64,000 nt of DNA from Trueperaceae bacterium (GCA_034521815.1 JAXHLW010000013.1:1536001-1600000), one strand, 5' to 3'. Shown: positions 1-11,527, numbered from the stretch's first letter. Made by a program: numbers and translations. Notes: a model not told the origin generated them from the sequence alone.

Positions 1-81
1 CGCGCGCTCCTCGACCAGGCCAGCCCCGAGGAGGCGCTCCAGGCGACCGCCGAGCAGGTCCGCGAGCGCGACCTGCGTTGA
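1..81 (+). CDS. C-terminal end of a probable sugar ABC transporter substrate-binding protein (partial)
   Basis: Open frame RALLDQASPEEALQATAEQVRERDLR* resembles the typical SBP C-terminus and sits directly upstream of two permeases. Confidence 0.6.
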   Translation, partial: RALLDQASPEEALQATAEQVRERDLR

Positions 82-101
82 GCTGACGCGGAGGAACGAC
101 C

Positions 102-980
102 ATGGCCCGCACGAACCGGCTGACGGCATGGCTGCTGCTGCTCCCCGCCCTCGTGATCGTGGGCGGCGTGGTGGGCTATCCGTTCCTCCGCACCCTCTAC
201 ATCGGTTTCTTCGACGCCCACCTGCTCGGCGGGGTCCGTGGCTGGGTCGGGCTCGACAACTACCGCCAGGCGGTCGCGAGCGACCAGTTCGCGGCCGCCC
301 TCGTTCACACCCTCCACTTCGCCGTGCTGTCGGTGAGCCTCGAGGTGGTGCTCGGCGTCGCCGTGGCGCTGTTCCTGAACCGGAGCTTCGTCGGCCGGCG
401 CCTGCTGCGGGCGCTGCTGATCCTGCCCCTGGCCCTGCCGACCATCGTGAACGGCATCATGTGGCGCTGGATCTACAACCCCGAGTACGGAGCGCTGAAC
501 GCGTTGATGACGCAGTCGGGGATCCTGAACGCCTACCGGAGCTGGCTGGGCGAGCCCGGCCTGGCGATGAACATGATCGTGCTCGCGGACGTCTGGAAGA
601 ACTTCCCGCTGGTGACCCTGCTGGTGCTGGCGGCGCTGCAGACCGTCCCCGTCGACCTTCACGACGCGGCCCGCGTCGATGGCGCCAACCCCTGGCAGCG
701 ATTCTGGACCATCACCCTCCCCGGCATCCGGCCCGCTCTGCTGGTGGCGCTGGTGCTGCGCACCGTGGAGGCCCTCAAGGTATTCGACATCATCTACGTC
801 ATGACCCGCGGGGGCCCGGCGAGCTCGACCAAGACGCTGTCGTTCCTGGTGTACGAACAAGCGTTCAGCTTCCTTCAGGTCGGTCAGGCGGCCGCCTACG
901 CCTTCCTCACCGTCGCCATCATCATGGTGTTCGTCGCGCTCTACATCCGTCTGATCCGCTCGCAGGGGGTGGGAGGATGA
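102..980 (+). CDS. Carbohydrate ABC transporter permease (MalF/UgpA-like)
   Basis: Multiple TM helices, EAA-like loop DAARVDGANPWQRFW, MTRGGP motif, GGAGG RBS. Confidence 0.93.
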   Translation: MARTNRLTAWLLLLPALVIVGGVVGYPFLRTLYIGFFDAHLLGGVRGWVGLDNYRQAVASDQFAAALVHTLHFAVLSVSLEVVLGVAVALFLNRSFVGRRLLRALLILPLALPTIVNGIMWRWIYNPEYGALNALMTQSGILNAYRSWLGEPGLAMNMIVLADVWKNFPLVTLLVLAALQTVPVDLHDAARVDGANPWQRFWTITLPGIRPALLVALVLRTVEALKVFDIIYVMTRGGPASSTKTLSFLVYEQAFSFLQVGQAAAYAFLTVAIIMVFVALYIRLIRSQGVGG

Positions 981-1822
981 CCACCCGGCACCGCGCGATC
1001 GAGCGCATCCTCACCTACGCCGCCGCGATCCTGCTTGCCGCCTTCCTGCTGGCGCCGTTCGCGTGGCTGGCGATCTCCAGCCTGACGCCGCTGTCCGAGC
1101 TGATCGCCAAGCCGCTGCGCTGGATCTCCCCCGCCATGGACCTCTCCCGCTACCGCACGATCTTCTTCAGCCCGGAGGGTCTTAACTTCCGCTTCGCGTT
1201 GCGCAACAGCACGCTGGTCGCGCTGATCGCCACCTCCATCAGCCTGGTGGCGGGCATGCTGGGCGCGTACGCGCTGTCCCGGTTCCCGAGTCGGCGCCGG
1301 AGCGGCGTGCTCTATCTGATGCTGGCCACCTATATGACGCCACCGGTGGCGGTGCTGCTGCCGCTATACCTGATCCTCGGCCAGGCCGGCCTGCACGACA
1401 CGGTTCTTGGCCTGGCGCTGGTGTACACCTCGTTCCTGACGCCGTTCCTGACGTGGATCCTGAAGGGGTTCTTCGACGCGATCCCGCCGCAGGTCGAGGA
1501 GGCCGCGCTGGTCGACGGCGCTTCGCGCCTCGGGGCGCTGTGGCACGTGACGCTGCCGCTGTCGCTCCCGGGCGTGATCACGGCCGTGCTGTTCGGCGTG
1601 ATCCTCACCTGGGACGAGTTCCTCTACGCCCTGATCTTCACCTCCTCGACCGCGTCGAAGACGCTCCCCGTCGCCATCGCCGAGTTCACCTCCCGCCACG
1701 CGGTCGACTTCGGACTGATGGCGGCCGGCGGTATCCTCGCCGCGCTGCCCCCGGTGCTGCTGGCGTTCGCCCTGCAGCGCTACCTCGTCGCCGGCCTGAC
1801 CGCCGGCGGGATCAAGGGATAG
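977..1822 (+). CDS. Carbohydrate ABC transporter permease (MalG/UgpE-like)
   Basis: ATGA overlap with the upstream gene. Motifs EEAALVDGAS, WDEFLYAL and C-terminal GLTAGGIKG. Confidence 0.93.
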   Translation: MTTRHRAIERILTYAAAILLAAFLLAPFAWLAISSLTPLSELIAKPLRWISPAMDLSRYRTIFFSPEGLNFRFALRNSTLVALIATSISLVAGMLGAYALSRFPSRRRSGVLYLMLATYMTPPVAVLLPLYLILGQAGLHDTVLGLALVYTSFLTPFLTWILKGFFDAIPPQVEEAALVDGASRLGALWHVTLPLSLPGVITAVLFGVILTWDEFLYALIFTSSTASKTLPVAIAEFTSRHAVDFGLMAAGGILAALPPVLLAFALQRYLVAGLTAGGIKG

Positions 1823-1829
1823 GTGCCCC

Positions 1830-2889
1830 GTGGATGCGACGCGCGAGCTGTGGCGCGAAATCCTAGGCCAGCCGGACGCCGTCCAGCGCGTGCTGGACGA
1901 CCCGGACCTCCGGTCCGGCCTCGATGCCCTGGCCGCCGAGGTACGCGCCAGCGGCGAGCTGCTGCTGTCCGGCATGGGCGCCTCGCTGCACGCCGCCGAG
2001 GCGGTCGCCAGCCTGCTGCGCCGCCAGGGCGTCCGCGCCTGGACGCTGCCGACCTCCGAGCTGTTGCATTACGGCGCTTCGTTGCCGGTCGCTCCGCTGC
2101 TGCTGATCTCGCAGTCCGGCGCCTCCGCCGAGATCGTCCGCCTGCTCGAGCGGCGCCCCGAGGGCGTCCACGGCCTGACCCTCGACCCCGACGGTCCGCT
2201 GGCCGCTCACGGCGGCCTGGTGATGCCGGGCGGTCCGGAACGGGCGTTCGCGGCCACCCGCTCGTTCACCAGTACCGTCGCCGCGCTGGCGATGCTCGCA
2301 CGCGAGCTGGGCGTTGCCGTCGACCTAGACGGCATGCCCGCCACGCTGCGCTGGGCGCTCGACCAGGAGGAGCAGGTCGCGCCGCTGGTCGAGGCGTACC
2401 GCGAGCCGAGCGCGCTGTTCTTCACCGGCCGCGGCCCGCTTCACGGCCTGGCGAACTACGCCGCGTTGCTGGTCATGGAGCTGTGCCGACTGCCCGCCGC
2501 CGGGATCGAAGCGGCCCAGCTCCGGCACGGACCGCTGGAGGTCGGCGGGCCGGATATCGTCGTCACCACCTTCGCAGCGGAGGGAGCGACCCGCGACCTG
2601 ATCGACCGCCTGGCCCGTGACGTGGCCGCCACCGGTGCCCGCAGCGTCCTGCTGGACGCGTCGCGGCGCGACGCCAGCGGCGACGCGAGTGGCCACGCGG
2701 CCGGCGATGGTGCGATCGACGACGACGGCCGCGCCCGTACTGCGCTGGCCGCTCCAGCCGCTGCCGGAGGCCGACGCGATCGCACCCCTGGCCATCCCCT
2801 GCCAGCTGGCCGCCTACCGCGTCGCGCAGCTGCGCGGCATCGCCCCCGGCGTGCCGCTGCGCTCGTCGAAGGTCACGCGTGACGAGTGA
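1830..2889 (+). CDS. SIS-domain sugar-phosphate isomerase/deglycase (GlmS/FrlB/AgaS-like), one frameshift near 2730
   Basis: EILGQP, GMGAS, ISQSGAS, ATRSFT and HGPLE motifs. The conserved tail PCQLAAY...SSKVTRDE* lies in another frame. Confidence 0.85.
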
Positions 2890-3802
2890 GCCGCTCCACC
2901 TGATCGGCAACGTCAACCTCGACGTGGTGATGGGCCCGCTGGCCAGCTGGCCCCGCATGGGGACCGAGGTCTTCCTGGGCGAAAACGAGGTCCGCGCCGG
3001 CGGCGCGGCCGGCAACGCGGCCTTGGCGCTGCGGGCCCTCGGGACGCCTGTCCGGGTCCACGCCTCGCTGGGACGCGACCTGTTCGGCGACCTGCTCGCA
3101 GGCGAGCTGGGCGCGCTGGCCGTCGGGCTGGACCGCGTTCCCCTGGACACCGCCTACTCGGTCGGCATCACCCACCCGAGCGGCGAGCGCACCTTCCTCA
3201 CCCACCTGGGCCACCTCGAGGCGTTCGACGTCGCGGCCGCGCAGCGGCGCCTGCTCGAGGCGCCGCCGAGCCGCGTTCTACTGTGCGGGTACTTCCTGCT
3301 CCCGCCGCTACGGGCCGCCGCCACCGTCGACCTGCTGCGCGCCGCCCAGGCGCGCGGCCACGTCACGCTGCTCGACACCGGCTGGCCCAGCGACGGGTTC
3401 GGGCCGGAGGTTCGGGGCGAGCTCGCCGAGCTGCTGCCCTGGCTGGACGTCGTCCTCCCGAACGAGCTCGAGGCGACGGCCTGGACCGGGCACGACGACG
3501 TAGACGGGGCGATCGAGGCGTTCGCGAAGCAGGGCGTCCAGGCGGTGGTGAAGCGCGGGCCGGACGGGGCCTCCTGGTGGCAGGACGGCGGGGTGCGGCA
3601 CCGTGCGGCGCCCCGCGTCGACGTCGCCGACACGATCGGCGCCGGCGACGCGTTCAACGCCGCGTTCCTGGCGGCGCGCCAACGCGGTCGGGACACGGGA
3701 GAGGCGGTCGCCGCCGCGATCGACTATGCGAGCCGGGTCGTGGCCACGCGGCCGCGGCGCTACCCGACCGATCTACGCACGTCCCGGCCCGGTTCGACAT
3801 GA
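2879..3802 (+). CDS. PfkB-family carbohydrate kinase
   Basis: GGAAGN, PNELEA, KRGPDG and DTIGAGDAFNAAF signatures. Confidence 0.92.
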   Translation: MTSEPLHLIGNVNLDVVMGPLASWPRMGTEVFLGENEVRAGGAAGNAALALRALGTPVRVHASLGRDLFGDLLAGELGALAVGLDRVPLDTAYSVGITHPSGERTFLTHLGHLEAFDVAAAQRRLLEAPPSRVLLCGYFLLPPLRAAATVDLLRAAQARGHVTLLDTGWPSDGFGPEVRGELAELLPWLDVVLPNELEATAWTGHDDVDGAIEAFAKQGVQAVVKRGPDGASWWQDGGVRHRAAPRVDVADTIGAGDAFNAAFLAARQRGRDTGEAVAAAIDYASRVVATRPRRYPTDLRTSRPGST

Positions 3803-3944
3803 ACCTGCAGGTCGCCTGAGCCGACGGCTGCCGTTCACGCAGTCGCCCGGACGACCGGGCTCGCGATGCAGCGAGGCCGCGCATCGGCCCGCACGTATCG
3901 TCACAGCCGCGCGCAAGAAGCCGCCCGAGTAAGGAGAGGATTCG

Positions 3945-4417
3945 ATGGGCACGTTGGTCGAGCTGGCCCCAGGGTGTGGCGGCTGCCGCGGCTGCTCAAG
4001 GCGCTCGCGGGCCGTCGCGTCACCGCGCACGTCCTGACGCACGCGCATCCCGACCACCAGGGGGCCTCGGCCGCCCTGTGCTCGGCGCGCTCGGTCCCGC
4101 TGCGGTGCGGTGTTCGCGACCTCGAAGCCACCGAGCGTGCGACCTTCGCGGATCGGTTCCACGGGCCTCGCCGGCCGCTGTTCAAGGCGGCGGAGTGGCT
4201 GGGCGGTCCTGGGCATCCTGTCGAAGGCACCCTGCGCGAGGGCGACGCCGTCGCCGACTTCGAGGTGATCGAGACGCCCGGGCACACGCCGGGCCATATC
4301 TCGCTCTGGCGCGAATCCGATCGGGTCATCGTCCTGCGTCCGCGCCTCGTCTGCTTCGGGCACGGACCGCCCCTGGCCGACCGGCGACCGGTTCGCCCGC
4401 TGGGCGCCGCCCTGTAG
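3945..4417 (+). pseudogene. Internally deleted paralog of the MBL-fold hydrolase at 9842-10513
   Basis: Keeps THAHPDH and TPGHTPGH but lacks the NAYL..VDAG strand and the GD-containing segment present in the intact copy. Also a 1-nt slip near 3970. Confidence 0.8.
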
Positions 4418-4494
4418 GTCGACGCCGCCGCTCCGTCCGCAGCCGTCACGCCCCGGCGGCGACCACCCCGCCATGATGGGAGCGGAGGTGCGAC

Positions 4495-5427
4495 GTGGTG
4501 GTACTGCAGACGGTCGTGGGGATCGTGCTCCTCGTCATCGTGGGCGTGCTGGCGTGGAGCGCGATCGAGCCGTACACCATCGATCGTCAGTCCCTCGAGG
4601 TCACGCTTCCGCACCTGCCGGACGCGTGGGACGGCCGCGTCGTCGCGGTGATCGCCGACACGCAGGTAGGCATGCGGCTGGCGAACATCTCGACCATCCG
4701 ACGGATCGTCGCCGAGCTGGTCGAGCGCCGACCAGCGGTCGTGCTGATGGCGGGCGACTTCGTCTACGAGGCCCAGCGCGACCCCGAGGGGATCGCACGC
4801 CGCTCGGCCGAGCTGCTGGCCCCGCTGGTGGAGGCGGGCCTGCCGGTGTACGCCGTGTTGGGAAACCACGACTACGCCATGCCCAGCCGCGACGTCGAAC
4901 CCGACGAGCGCGTGGCCGAAGCGGTGTGGGAAGCCGCCGAGGGCGTCGGCATCCGAATGCTGGAGAACGAGACGCTGCCGCTGACCCTGCCTGAAGACGG
5001 CGAGCCACGGCAGGAGGCCGAGACGCTGTACCTGGCCGCCATCGGGGCGCACGTGCCGGGCCGCGACCGCCCCGTCGAGACGTTGGCGCAACTGCCGGCC
5101 GAGGCCGCCCGCATCGTGATGATGCACCACCCCGACTCGTTCGATGCTTTGTCCGCCTCCACCGCGCCGCTGGCGGTGGCCGGCCACACCCACGGCGGTC
5201 AGTTCCGCATTCCGTTCACGCCGCAGTGGACCTGGATGACCTTCACGGAGGACGACACCGTGCACCCGAGCGGCTGGATCCCCGACTTCGGCGCCGAAGG
5301 CAACCGCCTCTACGTCAATCGCGGTATCGGCTTCAGCGTCCTGCCACTTCGGTTGAACGCCCCGCCGGAGATCACCTACCTGACGCTGCGAAAGCCCGCC
5401 GCGGAAAGCGGCGCCTCTACGCCGTAG
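4495..5427 (+). CDS. Metallophosphoesterase (YkuE/YaeI-like) with N-terminal membrane anchor
   Basis: ADTQ, AGDF, GNHD, HHPD, AGHTHGGQ and YVNRGIG motifs. Confidence 0.9.
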   Translation: MVVLQTVVGIVLLVIVGVLAWSAIEPYTIDRQSLEVTLPHLPDAWDGRVVAVIADTQVGMRLANISTIRRIVAELVERRPAVVLMAGDFVYEAQRDPEGIARRSAELLAPLVEAGLPVYAVLGNHDYAMPSRDVEPDERVAEAVWEAAEGVGIRMLENETLPLTLPEDGEPRQEAETLYLAAIGAHVPGRDRPVETLAQLPAEAARIVMMHHPDSFDALSASTAPLAVAGHTHGGQFRIPFTPQWTWMTFTEDDTVHPSGWIPDFGAEGNRLYVNRGIGFSVLPLRLNAPPEITYLTLRKPAAESGASTP

Positions 5428-5581
5428 GGCAACGACTCGCGAGTGGCAGATACCTGGGCGGCGCGTGACGGGAGCGCCAGGGGCAGAGACGGCCGCTGCT
5501 ATCGTGGATCATGCGTATGACGCAAGGACGGCCCGCCCGCGCGCAGACCCGTCGCCAGGGCGCCGTACGTCGGCTGCGAGC

Positions 5582-8500
5582 ATGACGGCTTCACCGACGC
5601 CCTTACCCAGCCTCACGTCCGTGGCGCGTCTGGCCAGCAGGGCGACCGACGTTCCCGGCCTCGCGCGCGCTGTGCTCGAACCGCTTGGCCGCCTCGGTGT
5701 GCCGCTAGCGGTGCGCGCCCCGTTCCACGGCACCGGCGAAGGCATGGTCATCTGCGCCTTCTACGCCGACCTCGAGGATGGATGCTTGCGCGAGCACGTG
5801 CAGGCCGGATTCGACAGCGCCATGCTCGCTGGCCTCGGCGACACGGAGCCGACACGGATCGATGCGGCACGCCTCCGTGCCGCCGGTCCTGGCGTGCCCG
5901 ACTGGGCCGGCTCGGGTTTGTGGCTACCGAACGCCGAGGATGATGCGGTATACCGCGGCCTGGTCGTGGTCGCGCCCTCGCCCGACGACTTGGACACGCG
6001 TCTGGCCACTTGGCTCGAGGTCGCGTCGTCGATCGTCGCGGGCCATGCCGCGCGGCTCGTTGCCACGACGTCGGGCGCCCGAGACGCGATCCTCTCAGGC
6101 GCTGTCGACGGCTCGGCCGCGCACGGCTCGGCTGGACGCGACGCGACCACGGCCGGCGGGGCGCCGACACCGCAGCCGTCCGAGAGGCGCATCGACGTGT
6201 CGAATCGCGGCTTCAGGGCGCTGATCGAGCACAGCCACAGCGCCACCCTGCTCGTCGACCCGCAAGCGACGATCCTCTACGCCAGTCCCGCCGCCGAGCG
6301 AATATTGCAGGTGCCGGCCGCGCTCCAGCTGGGCCAGTACGCCATGGGGTTGATTCACCCGGACGACGTGGACGCCGTTCAGGAGCGCCTCGAACGCGCC
6401 CTGGAGGCACCCGGCGCGGTCTTCGAGAGCCGGGTGCGCATCCACCGAGCCGACGGCGCATGGCGATGGATCGACGTGACCATGACCAACCTGCTCTCGG
6501 AGCCCACCGTGGGAGCGCTCGTGGTGAACTACCTCGACGTCACCGAGCGCGTCGTGGCCGAACAGGCGCTGGAGAGCCGCGAGCGCCACTGGCGAGCGCT
6601 GCTCGCGAACAGCAGCGACGTCATCGCACGAATCGATGCGCAGGGCACGATCTTGTACGCCAACGACGCCTTCGCGTCGGCGACGGGTCATGCGCTCGAC
6701 GACGTGATGGGCCGCTCCGCGCTCGAGTGGGTCCATCCGGACGACGCCGGGGCTGTGAGGGACCAGCTGGCTGGCGTGGCCAGCTCGGGGCGTACCGCGA
6801 GCGCGACGTACCGATTCCGCCGTTCCGACGGTGGCTGGCGCTGGTGGGAGTCGGTCGCCAGCAATCACTTGGACGATCCCTCCGTCGAGGCGATGGTCGT
6901 CAACGCGCGCGACGTCACGGAGCGGCGCCGCGCGCAGGAGGAGGCCAGCCGACAGCAGGACCTGCTCCATGCCTCGATGGAAGCGCTCCCCGGTCCCTTT
7001 TACCTCTTCGACGGCGAAGGGCGGTTCGTGCTCTGGAACCGGGAGCTCGAGCGGTCCACGGGACGCTCGGCTCAGGAGGTGGCGCAGGCGGCTCCCAGCG
7101 ACTTCTTCAGCGAAGTCGAGGGAGCACGCGTCGCCGAGGCGATCGACGAGGTGCTGAGCCACGGCCGGTCCACCGTCGAGGCCAGCTTCCTCCGCCCCGA
7201 CGACACCTCGACGCCCTACCTCTTCGGCGGCCAGCGTGTCCTCGTCGACGGTCACCCGCACGTCGTGGGGATGGGCGTCGAGCTGACCGAGCTGCGACGA
7301 GCGGTCGAATCGACCGAGTTCCAGGCAGAGCTCCTTCGCGAGGTGCCCAACGCGGTGATCGCGACGGACGCCGACGGGACCGTCACCTACTGGAACCCGG
7401 CCGCGGAGCGTCTCTACGGCTGGACCGCGGACGAGGCGATCGGCCGCGTCGTCACCGATCTGACGGTGCCCGTGGCAGCCGACGAGGCGGCGGCCGCGAT
7501 CATGACGACGGTGCTGAGCGACGGGCGCTGGGAAGGGCGGTTCACGGCCCGGGCGAAGGACGGTCGGACCTTCCCCATCGTGACCGCGCTCTCGCGGATC
7601 AGCGCGCCCGGCGGGACGCTCGCCGGCATCGTGGCCGTCTCTTCCGACGACAGCGAGCGTGTCCGGCGCGAGGAAGATCGGCAGGCGCTGATGGCCGAAC
7701 TTAGCGAGCGGGTCAAGGAGCTGCAAGTCCTTCACGACGCGGCCCTGATCCTGCAGGACGAGCGCGCGCCGATCGCCGGCCTGGTGCAGGACCTCGCCGG
7801 GCGGGTCCCGCTGGCCTGGAAGCACTCGCCGGACGCCTCCGCTCGCGTTCGCGTCGGGAACGAGGTCGGCACCTCGCCGGGCTTCGCGGAGACCGGATGG
7901 GTGATGCAGGAGCAGCGAACGCTTCGCGACGGTACCCCTGTCGAGATCGACGTCGCCTACCTTCACGAGCACGCCCCCGCGGACGAGGGGCCCTTCCTGA
8001 GCGAGGAGCGCTCGCTGATCGCTTCGCTGACGCAGATGCTGATCACCTACCTGGAGCGGCGCAGGGGCCACGAGCTCAACGAACGACTGAACCGGGAGCT
8101 CGGGCACCAGGTGGAGCGCCTCGCGGCGCTGCAACGCATCGACGCCGCCATCATCGTGGCGGACGAGCTGTCGATAACCCTGAGCGTGGTGCTCGAGCAA
8201 GTGGTGCCTGCGCTCCGCGTCGACGCCGCCAACGTGCTCCTCTTCGATCCGGAACGAGAGCGACTGGAGTACGCCCACGGAACCGGGTTCCGCACGGACG
8301 AGGTGCGTTCTACCTCGCTCGCCCTCGACGAAGGAATCGCGGGGCGCGCGGTGGCGAGCGGACGCCCGGTGTTCGAAGGGGACGTCCGCACGGCCGATCC
8401 TCCCTTCGTTCGCCGGTCGCTTCTGGAACGGGAGGGCTTCGTCAGCTACGTGGGGCTGCCCTTGATCGCCAAGGGTGAGCGCAAAGGGCTGCTGGAGCTG

Positions 8501-9211
8501 TTCCACCGCTCCCGCTTGCAGCCCGTCGGGGATTGGTGGGACTTCGCCACCGCCCTGGCGCAACAGGCCGCCATCGCGGTCGACAACCGGCAGCTGTTCG
8601 ACCAGCTGGTCGACGCCAACGATGCCCTCCAGGACGCCTACGACGCCACGATCGCGGGCTGGGCGCGCGCACTGGATCTCAAGGACGAGGAGACCGCCGG
8701 CCACAGCGTCCGCGTCACCGACACCACCGTGTCGCTGGCTCGGCGATTCGGCATCGTCGAGCCGGAGCTGCACTTCGTTCGCTGGGGAGCGCTCCTGCAC
8801 GACATCGGCAAGATGGGCGTTCCCGATCGCATCCTTCTCAAGCCGGACAAGCTGACCGACGAGGAGCGCACCGTCGTGCAGCGACACACCACCTACGCCT
8901 ACGAGCTGCTGGCCCCGATCGCGTTCCTGCACAAAGCCATCGACATCCCCTACGCTCACCACGAGCGCTTCGACGGGAGCGGCTACCCAGGCGGGCTCGC
9001 GGGCGACGCGATCCCGCTGGCGGCTCGCATCTTCGCCATCGTCGACGTCTTCGACGCGCTCACCTCCGACCGGCCCTACCGGGCGGCCTGGTCGCGCGCC
9101 GCCGCGCTGGACCACATCCGCTCGGAATCCGGGCGGCACTTCGATCCCACAGTCGTCGATGCCTTCCTGGAAATGATCGGCGATGACGACCAGGGGTCCT
9201 CGTCGACCTGA
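5582..9211 (+). CDS. Multi-PAS/GAF HD-GYP c-di-GMP phosphodiesterase (start uncertain; frame open from 5465)
   Basis: About four PAS repeats ([26 protein letters not shown]), a GAF domain, then [23 protein letters not shown] and [10 protein letters not shown]. Confidence 0.92.
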   Translation: MTASPTPLPSLTSVARLASRATDVPGLARAVLEPLGRLGVPLAVRAPFHGTGEGMVICAFYADLEDGCLREHVQAGFDSAMLAGLGDTEPTRIDAARLRAAGPGVPDWAGSGLWLPNAEDDAVYRGLVVVAPSPDDLDTRLATWLEVASSIVAGHAARLVATTSGARDAILSGAVDGSAAHGSAGRDATTAGGAPTPQPSERRIDVSNRGFRALIEHSHSATLLVDPQATILYASPAAERILQVPAALQLGQYAMGLIHPDDVDAVQERLERALEAPGAVFESRVRIHRADGAWRWIDVTMTNLLSEPTVGALVVNYLDVTERVVAEQALESRERHWRALLANSSDVIARIDAQGTILYANDAFASATGHALDDVMGRSALEWVHPDDAGAVRDQLAGVASSGRTASATYRFRRSDGGWRWWESVASNHLDDPSVEAMVVNARDVTERRRAQEEASRQQDLLHASMEALPGPFYLFDGEGRFVLWNRELERSTGRSAQEVAQAAPSDFFSEVEGARVAEAIDEVLSHGRSTVEASFLRPDDTSTPYLFGGQRVLVDGHPHVVGMGVELTELRRAVESTEFQAELLREVPNAVIATDADGTVTYWNPAAERLYGWTADEAIGRVVTDLTVPVAADEAAAAIMTTVLSDGRWEGRFTARAKDGRTFPIVTALSRISAPGGTLAGIVAVSSDDSERVRREEDRQALMAELSERVKELQVLHDAALILQDERAPIAGLVQDLAGRVPLAWKHSPDASARVRVGNEVGTSPGFAETGWVMQEQRTLRDGTPVEIDVAYLHEHAPADEGPFLSEERSLIASLTQMLITYLERRRGHELNERLNRELGHQVERLAALQRIDAAIIVADELSITLSVVLEQVVPALRVDAANVLLFDPERERLEYAHGTGFRTDEVRSTSLALDEGIAGRAVASGRPVFEGDVRTADPPFVRRSLLEREGFVSYVGLPLIAKGERKGLLELFHRSRLQPVGDWWDFATALAQQAAIAVDNRQLFDQLVDANDALQDAYDATIAGWARALDLKDEETAGHSVRVTDTTVSLARRFGIVEPELHFVRWGALLHDIGKMGVPDRILLKPDKLTDEERTVVQRHTTYAYELLAPIAFLHKAIDIPYAHHERFDGSGYPGGLAGDAIPLAARIFAIVDVFDALTSDRPYRAAWSRAAALDHIRSESGRHFDPTVVDAFLEMIGDDDQGSSST

Positions 9212-9266
9212 GGCCAAGGGGGACCGGGCACCGGAAGCGCGTGCCCGACCCCGGTAGGCTGCGGAC

Positions 9267-9692
9267 ATGCACCCGGGCCACCAGCACCTCCTCGTAGTGA
9301 CTGCGGTTGAACACCCCGATCCGGCCGCGCTGCGGCAGCGCCCGCGCGATGCGCCATAGGAAATCGTGGTCCAGCTCGGCCCGAGAGGGCTGCTCGAACG
9401 ACGTAACCTGGCAACCGGCCGGGTTCACACCGCGCAGCACGTGGCGAATGGTGCCGTCCTTGCCGGCCGCGTCCATCGCCTGGAACACCAGCAGGACGGC
9501 GAACCGGTCGTCGGCGTACAGCTGCCGCTGCAGATCGCGCAGCCTCTTGCGCGCCTTCTTGAGCGCCTTCCCGTTCGCCTTGCGGTCGGGGGCGTCCTGC
9601 GGCGGCGCGGTCGCCGCGTCCGCCAACACGAACGAGCCGTCGAACGGAACGCGGAACGGGCTGTCCGTCGGCGAGATCCAAGCAGGTTCCAT
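9267..9692 (-). pseudogene. ppk2: 3'-truncated polyphosphate kinase 2 family gene
   Basis: [10 protein letters not shown] Walker A, HDFLWR and [15 protein letters not shown]. Similarity ends abruptly after about 142 aa. Confidence 0.8.
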
Positions 9693-9841
9693 GGCCCAGA
9701 GTACCGGCTGGGGCACGGGCCTCGCCGCTCCAGGCCGTGCCCGGCATCGACCGAGGAGCGAGGGCGACCGTGTCGCCAGCGCAGCGGCAAGGTGCGCAGG
9801 CGCTCGCGTATCGTCGGATGCGCCCGTGAGGAGAGGATCCG

Positions 9842-10513
9842 ATGCGTTCCCTGATCGAGCTCGCTCCCGACGTATGGCAGCTGCCGCTCCTGCCGCTGCA
9901 CGGTCTGAACGCCTACCTCGTCGGCGACGTCGTCGTCGACGCCGGCCTGCCGGCCTCCGAATCGCGGTTGCTGGAGGCGCTCTCGGGTCGCCACGTGACG
10001 GCGCACCTGTTGACGCACGCCCATCCCGACCACCAGGGGGCCAGCGCCGCGCTGTGCGAGGCGCGCTCGATCCCGTTCTGGTGCGGTGTCCGTGATCGCG
10101 ACGCCGCCGAGCACGCGACCTTCGCAGCTCCGTTCCGCGGGCCCCGCCGTCGGCTGTTCCAGGCCGCCGAGCGGCTGGGCGGAGCCGGACACCCGGTCGA
10201 CCGCACGCTGCGCGAGGGCGACGCGGTCGCCGGCTTCGAGGTGATCGAGACGCCCGGGCACACGCCGGGCCACATCTCGCTCTGGCGAGCGTCCGATCGC
10301 GTCGTCGTCCTCGGCGACGTCGCCTCGCACCGGAACCCGCTCGCGCTGAGGGCGGGTCTGCGCGAGTCGTCGCGGCTGTTCACCCACGATCCGGAGCAGA
10401 ACCGGCGCTCGCTCCGCACGATCGCCGGCCTGCGTCCCCGCTTGGTCTGCTTCGGGCACGGGCCGCCCCTGGCCGACGGGGAACGCTTCTCCCGCTGGGC
10501 GGACGCGCTGTAG
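9842..10513 (+). CDS. MBL-fold metallo-hydrolase
   Basis: NAYL, VDAG, THAHPDH, PGHTPGH, LGD and FGHG motifs, GAGAGG RBS. Confidence 0.9.
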   Translation: MRSLIELAPDVWQLPLLPLHGLNAYLVGDVVVDAGLPASESRLLEALSGRHVTAHLLTHAHPDHQGASAALCEARSIPFWCGVRDRDAAEHATFAAPFRGPRRRLFQAAERLGGAGHPVDRTLREGDAVAGFEVIETPGHTPGHISLWRASDRVVVLGDVASHRNPLALRAGLRESSRLFTHDPEQNRRSLRTIAGLRPRLVCFGHGPPLADGERFSRWADAL

Positions 10514-10633
10514 GCAGGCGGCGCCGACCTGGGCCCCACACGACCGCGGACTCGCGTCCGAGCAGGCGCCGTCGCCGAACGTCTCGGTGCTGCTCCCGTC
10601 ACGGACCCGTCCCCTCGCTCGAGCCCGGTTTCT

Positions 10634-11527
10634 TCACTGCACGATGCGCACGTTCCATCCGAATTCGCGGTCATCGGGGCATCTGGCGGTACCCCCGAAG
10701 GAGTACCCATCGTCTCCCTGCCAGGTGGTGGTGAAGGCGCACGACGGTCCACCGCGAAGGTCGGTGATCGCCCAGTCGAGACCGTCGGTCCGCGCGACCG
10801 ATGTCCAGCGGTAGTTGCCGCAGCACCACACCGCATCACCGAACGCCCAGCACAGCTGGTGAGGATACGGCACCACGGTGTACAGGTAGTCCGGCGTCGC
10901 GCCCGGCTCCGGGGGACAGCCACCGCCGTTGGGGCCGTAGTCTGGGCCGAAGCCGTCAGCGAGCAACCCGTCGCGGAATGCGTCCATCTCGACCGGATCG
11001 AACGGGTCCGGGCCGCCGGCAACCGCCGTGTCGACGTCGAACACGTTCGGGAGCTCGGTGTCCGGGGTATACCCCGTCAGCTCCGACACGCGGTCGTCGT
11101 ACATGCCCATCGCGGCGGCGTACATGGTGCGGAACGTGTCGGCGGCCATGGCGAAACCGAACGCCGGGCCGCTCGCGAGCGCCTGCCAGTACGTGGCGTG
11201 CTCCAGCGCGACCAGCAGGCAGTCGAACGCGTCGCGGCGCGCCGGATCGTCGCCGACCGCGGGTGCCTGCCGGCCCAGCGCGTAGCCGACGAGGATGGCG
11301 CGGTCCGCGTCGCTCAGCGACCGGTCGCCACGCAGCATCGGGAAGTGCTCGTTCAGGTAGTCGCTGAAGCGCTGCGCGATGGGCGAGCCCAGCGCCTGCT
11401 CCGGGACCGGACAGGCCGCCTCCGCGCGCGGGGCGGCGGCGAGGACGGCCAACACGCACCCGACGGCGAGCATCGCGCGCACCGAGGTACGTGTCGGAAT
11501 CGAGGATTCATGACGCAGTCGGGGCAT
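10634..11527 (-). CDS. Hypothetical secreted Cys-rich protein
   Basis: GAGGAGG RBS, hydrophobic signal ending ...PRAEA, 8 Cys in the predicted mature part. Family not recognised. Confidence 0.7.
   Translation of the reverse strand: MPRLRHESSIPTRTSVRAMLAVGCVLAVLAAAPRAEAACPVPEQALGSPIAQRFSDYLNEHFPMLRGDRSLSDADRAILVGYALGRQAPAVGDDPARRDAFDCLLVALEHATYWQALASGPAFGFAMAADTFRTMYAAAMGMYDDRVSELTGYTPDTELPNVFDVDTAVAGGPDPFDPVEMDAFRDGLLADGFGPDYGPNGGGCPPEPGATPDYLYTVVPYPHQLCWAFGDAVWCCGNYRWTSVARTDGLDWAITDLRGGPSCAFTTTWQGDDGYSFGGTARCPDDREFGWNVRIVQ

Noticed and set aside
6095-9268. 1057-aa minus-strand ORF and many similar long ORFs in the track
   Set aside because: Antisense or alternate-frame shadows of real genes, expected in high-GC DNA. 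They are Arg/Pro/Ala-rich and carry no motifs.
3930-10513. Composite transposon bounded by the MBL repeats
   Set aside because: No transposase, terminal inverted repeats or target-site duplication seen. The repeats are diverged gene paralogs.
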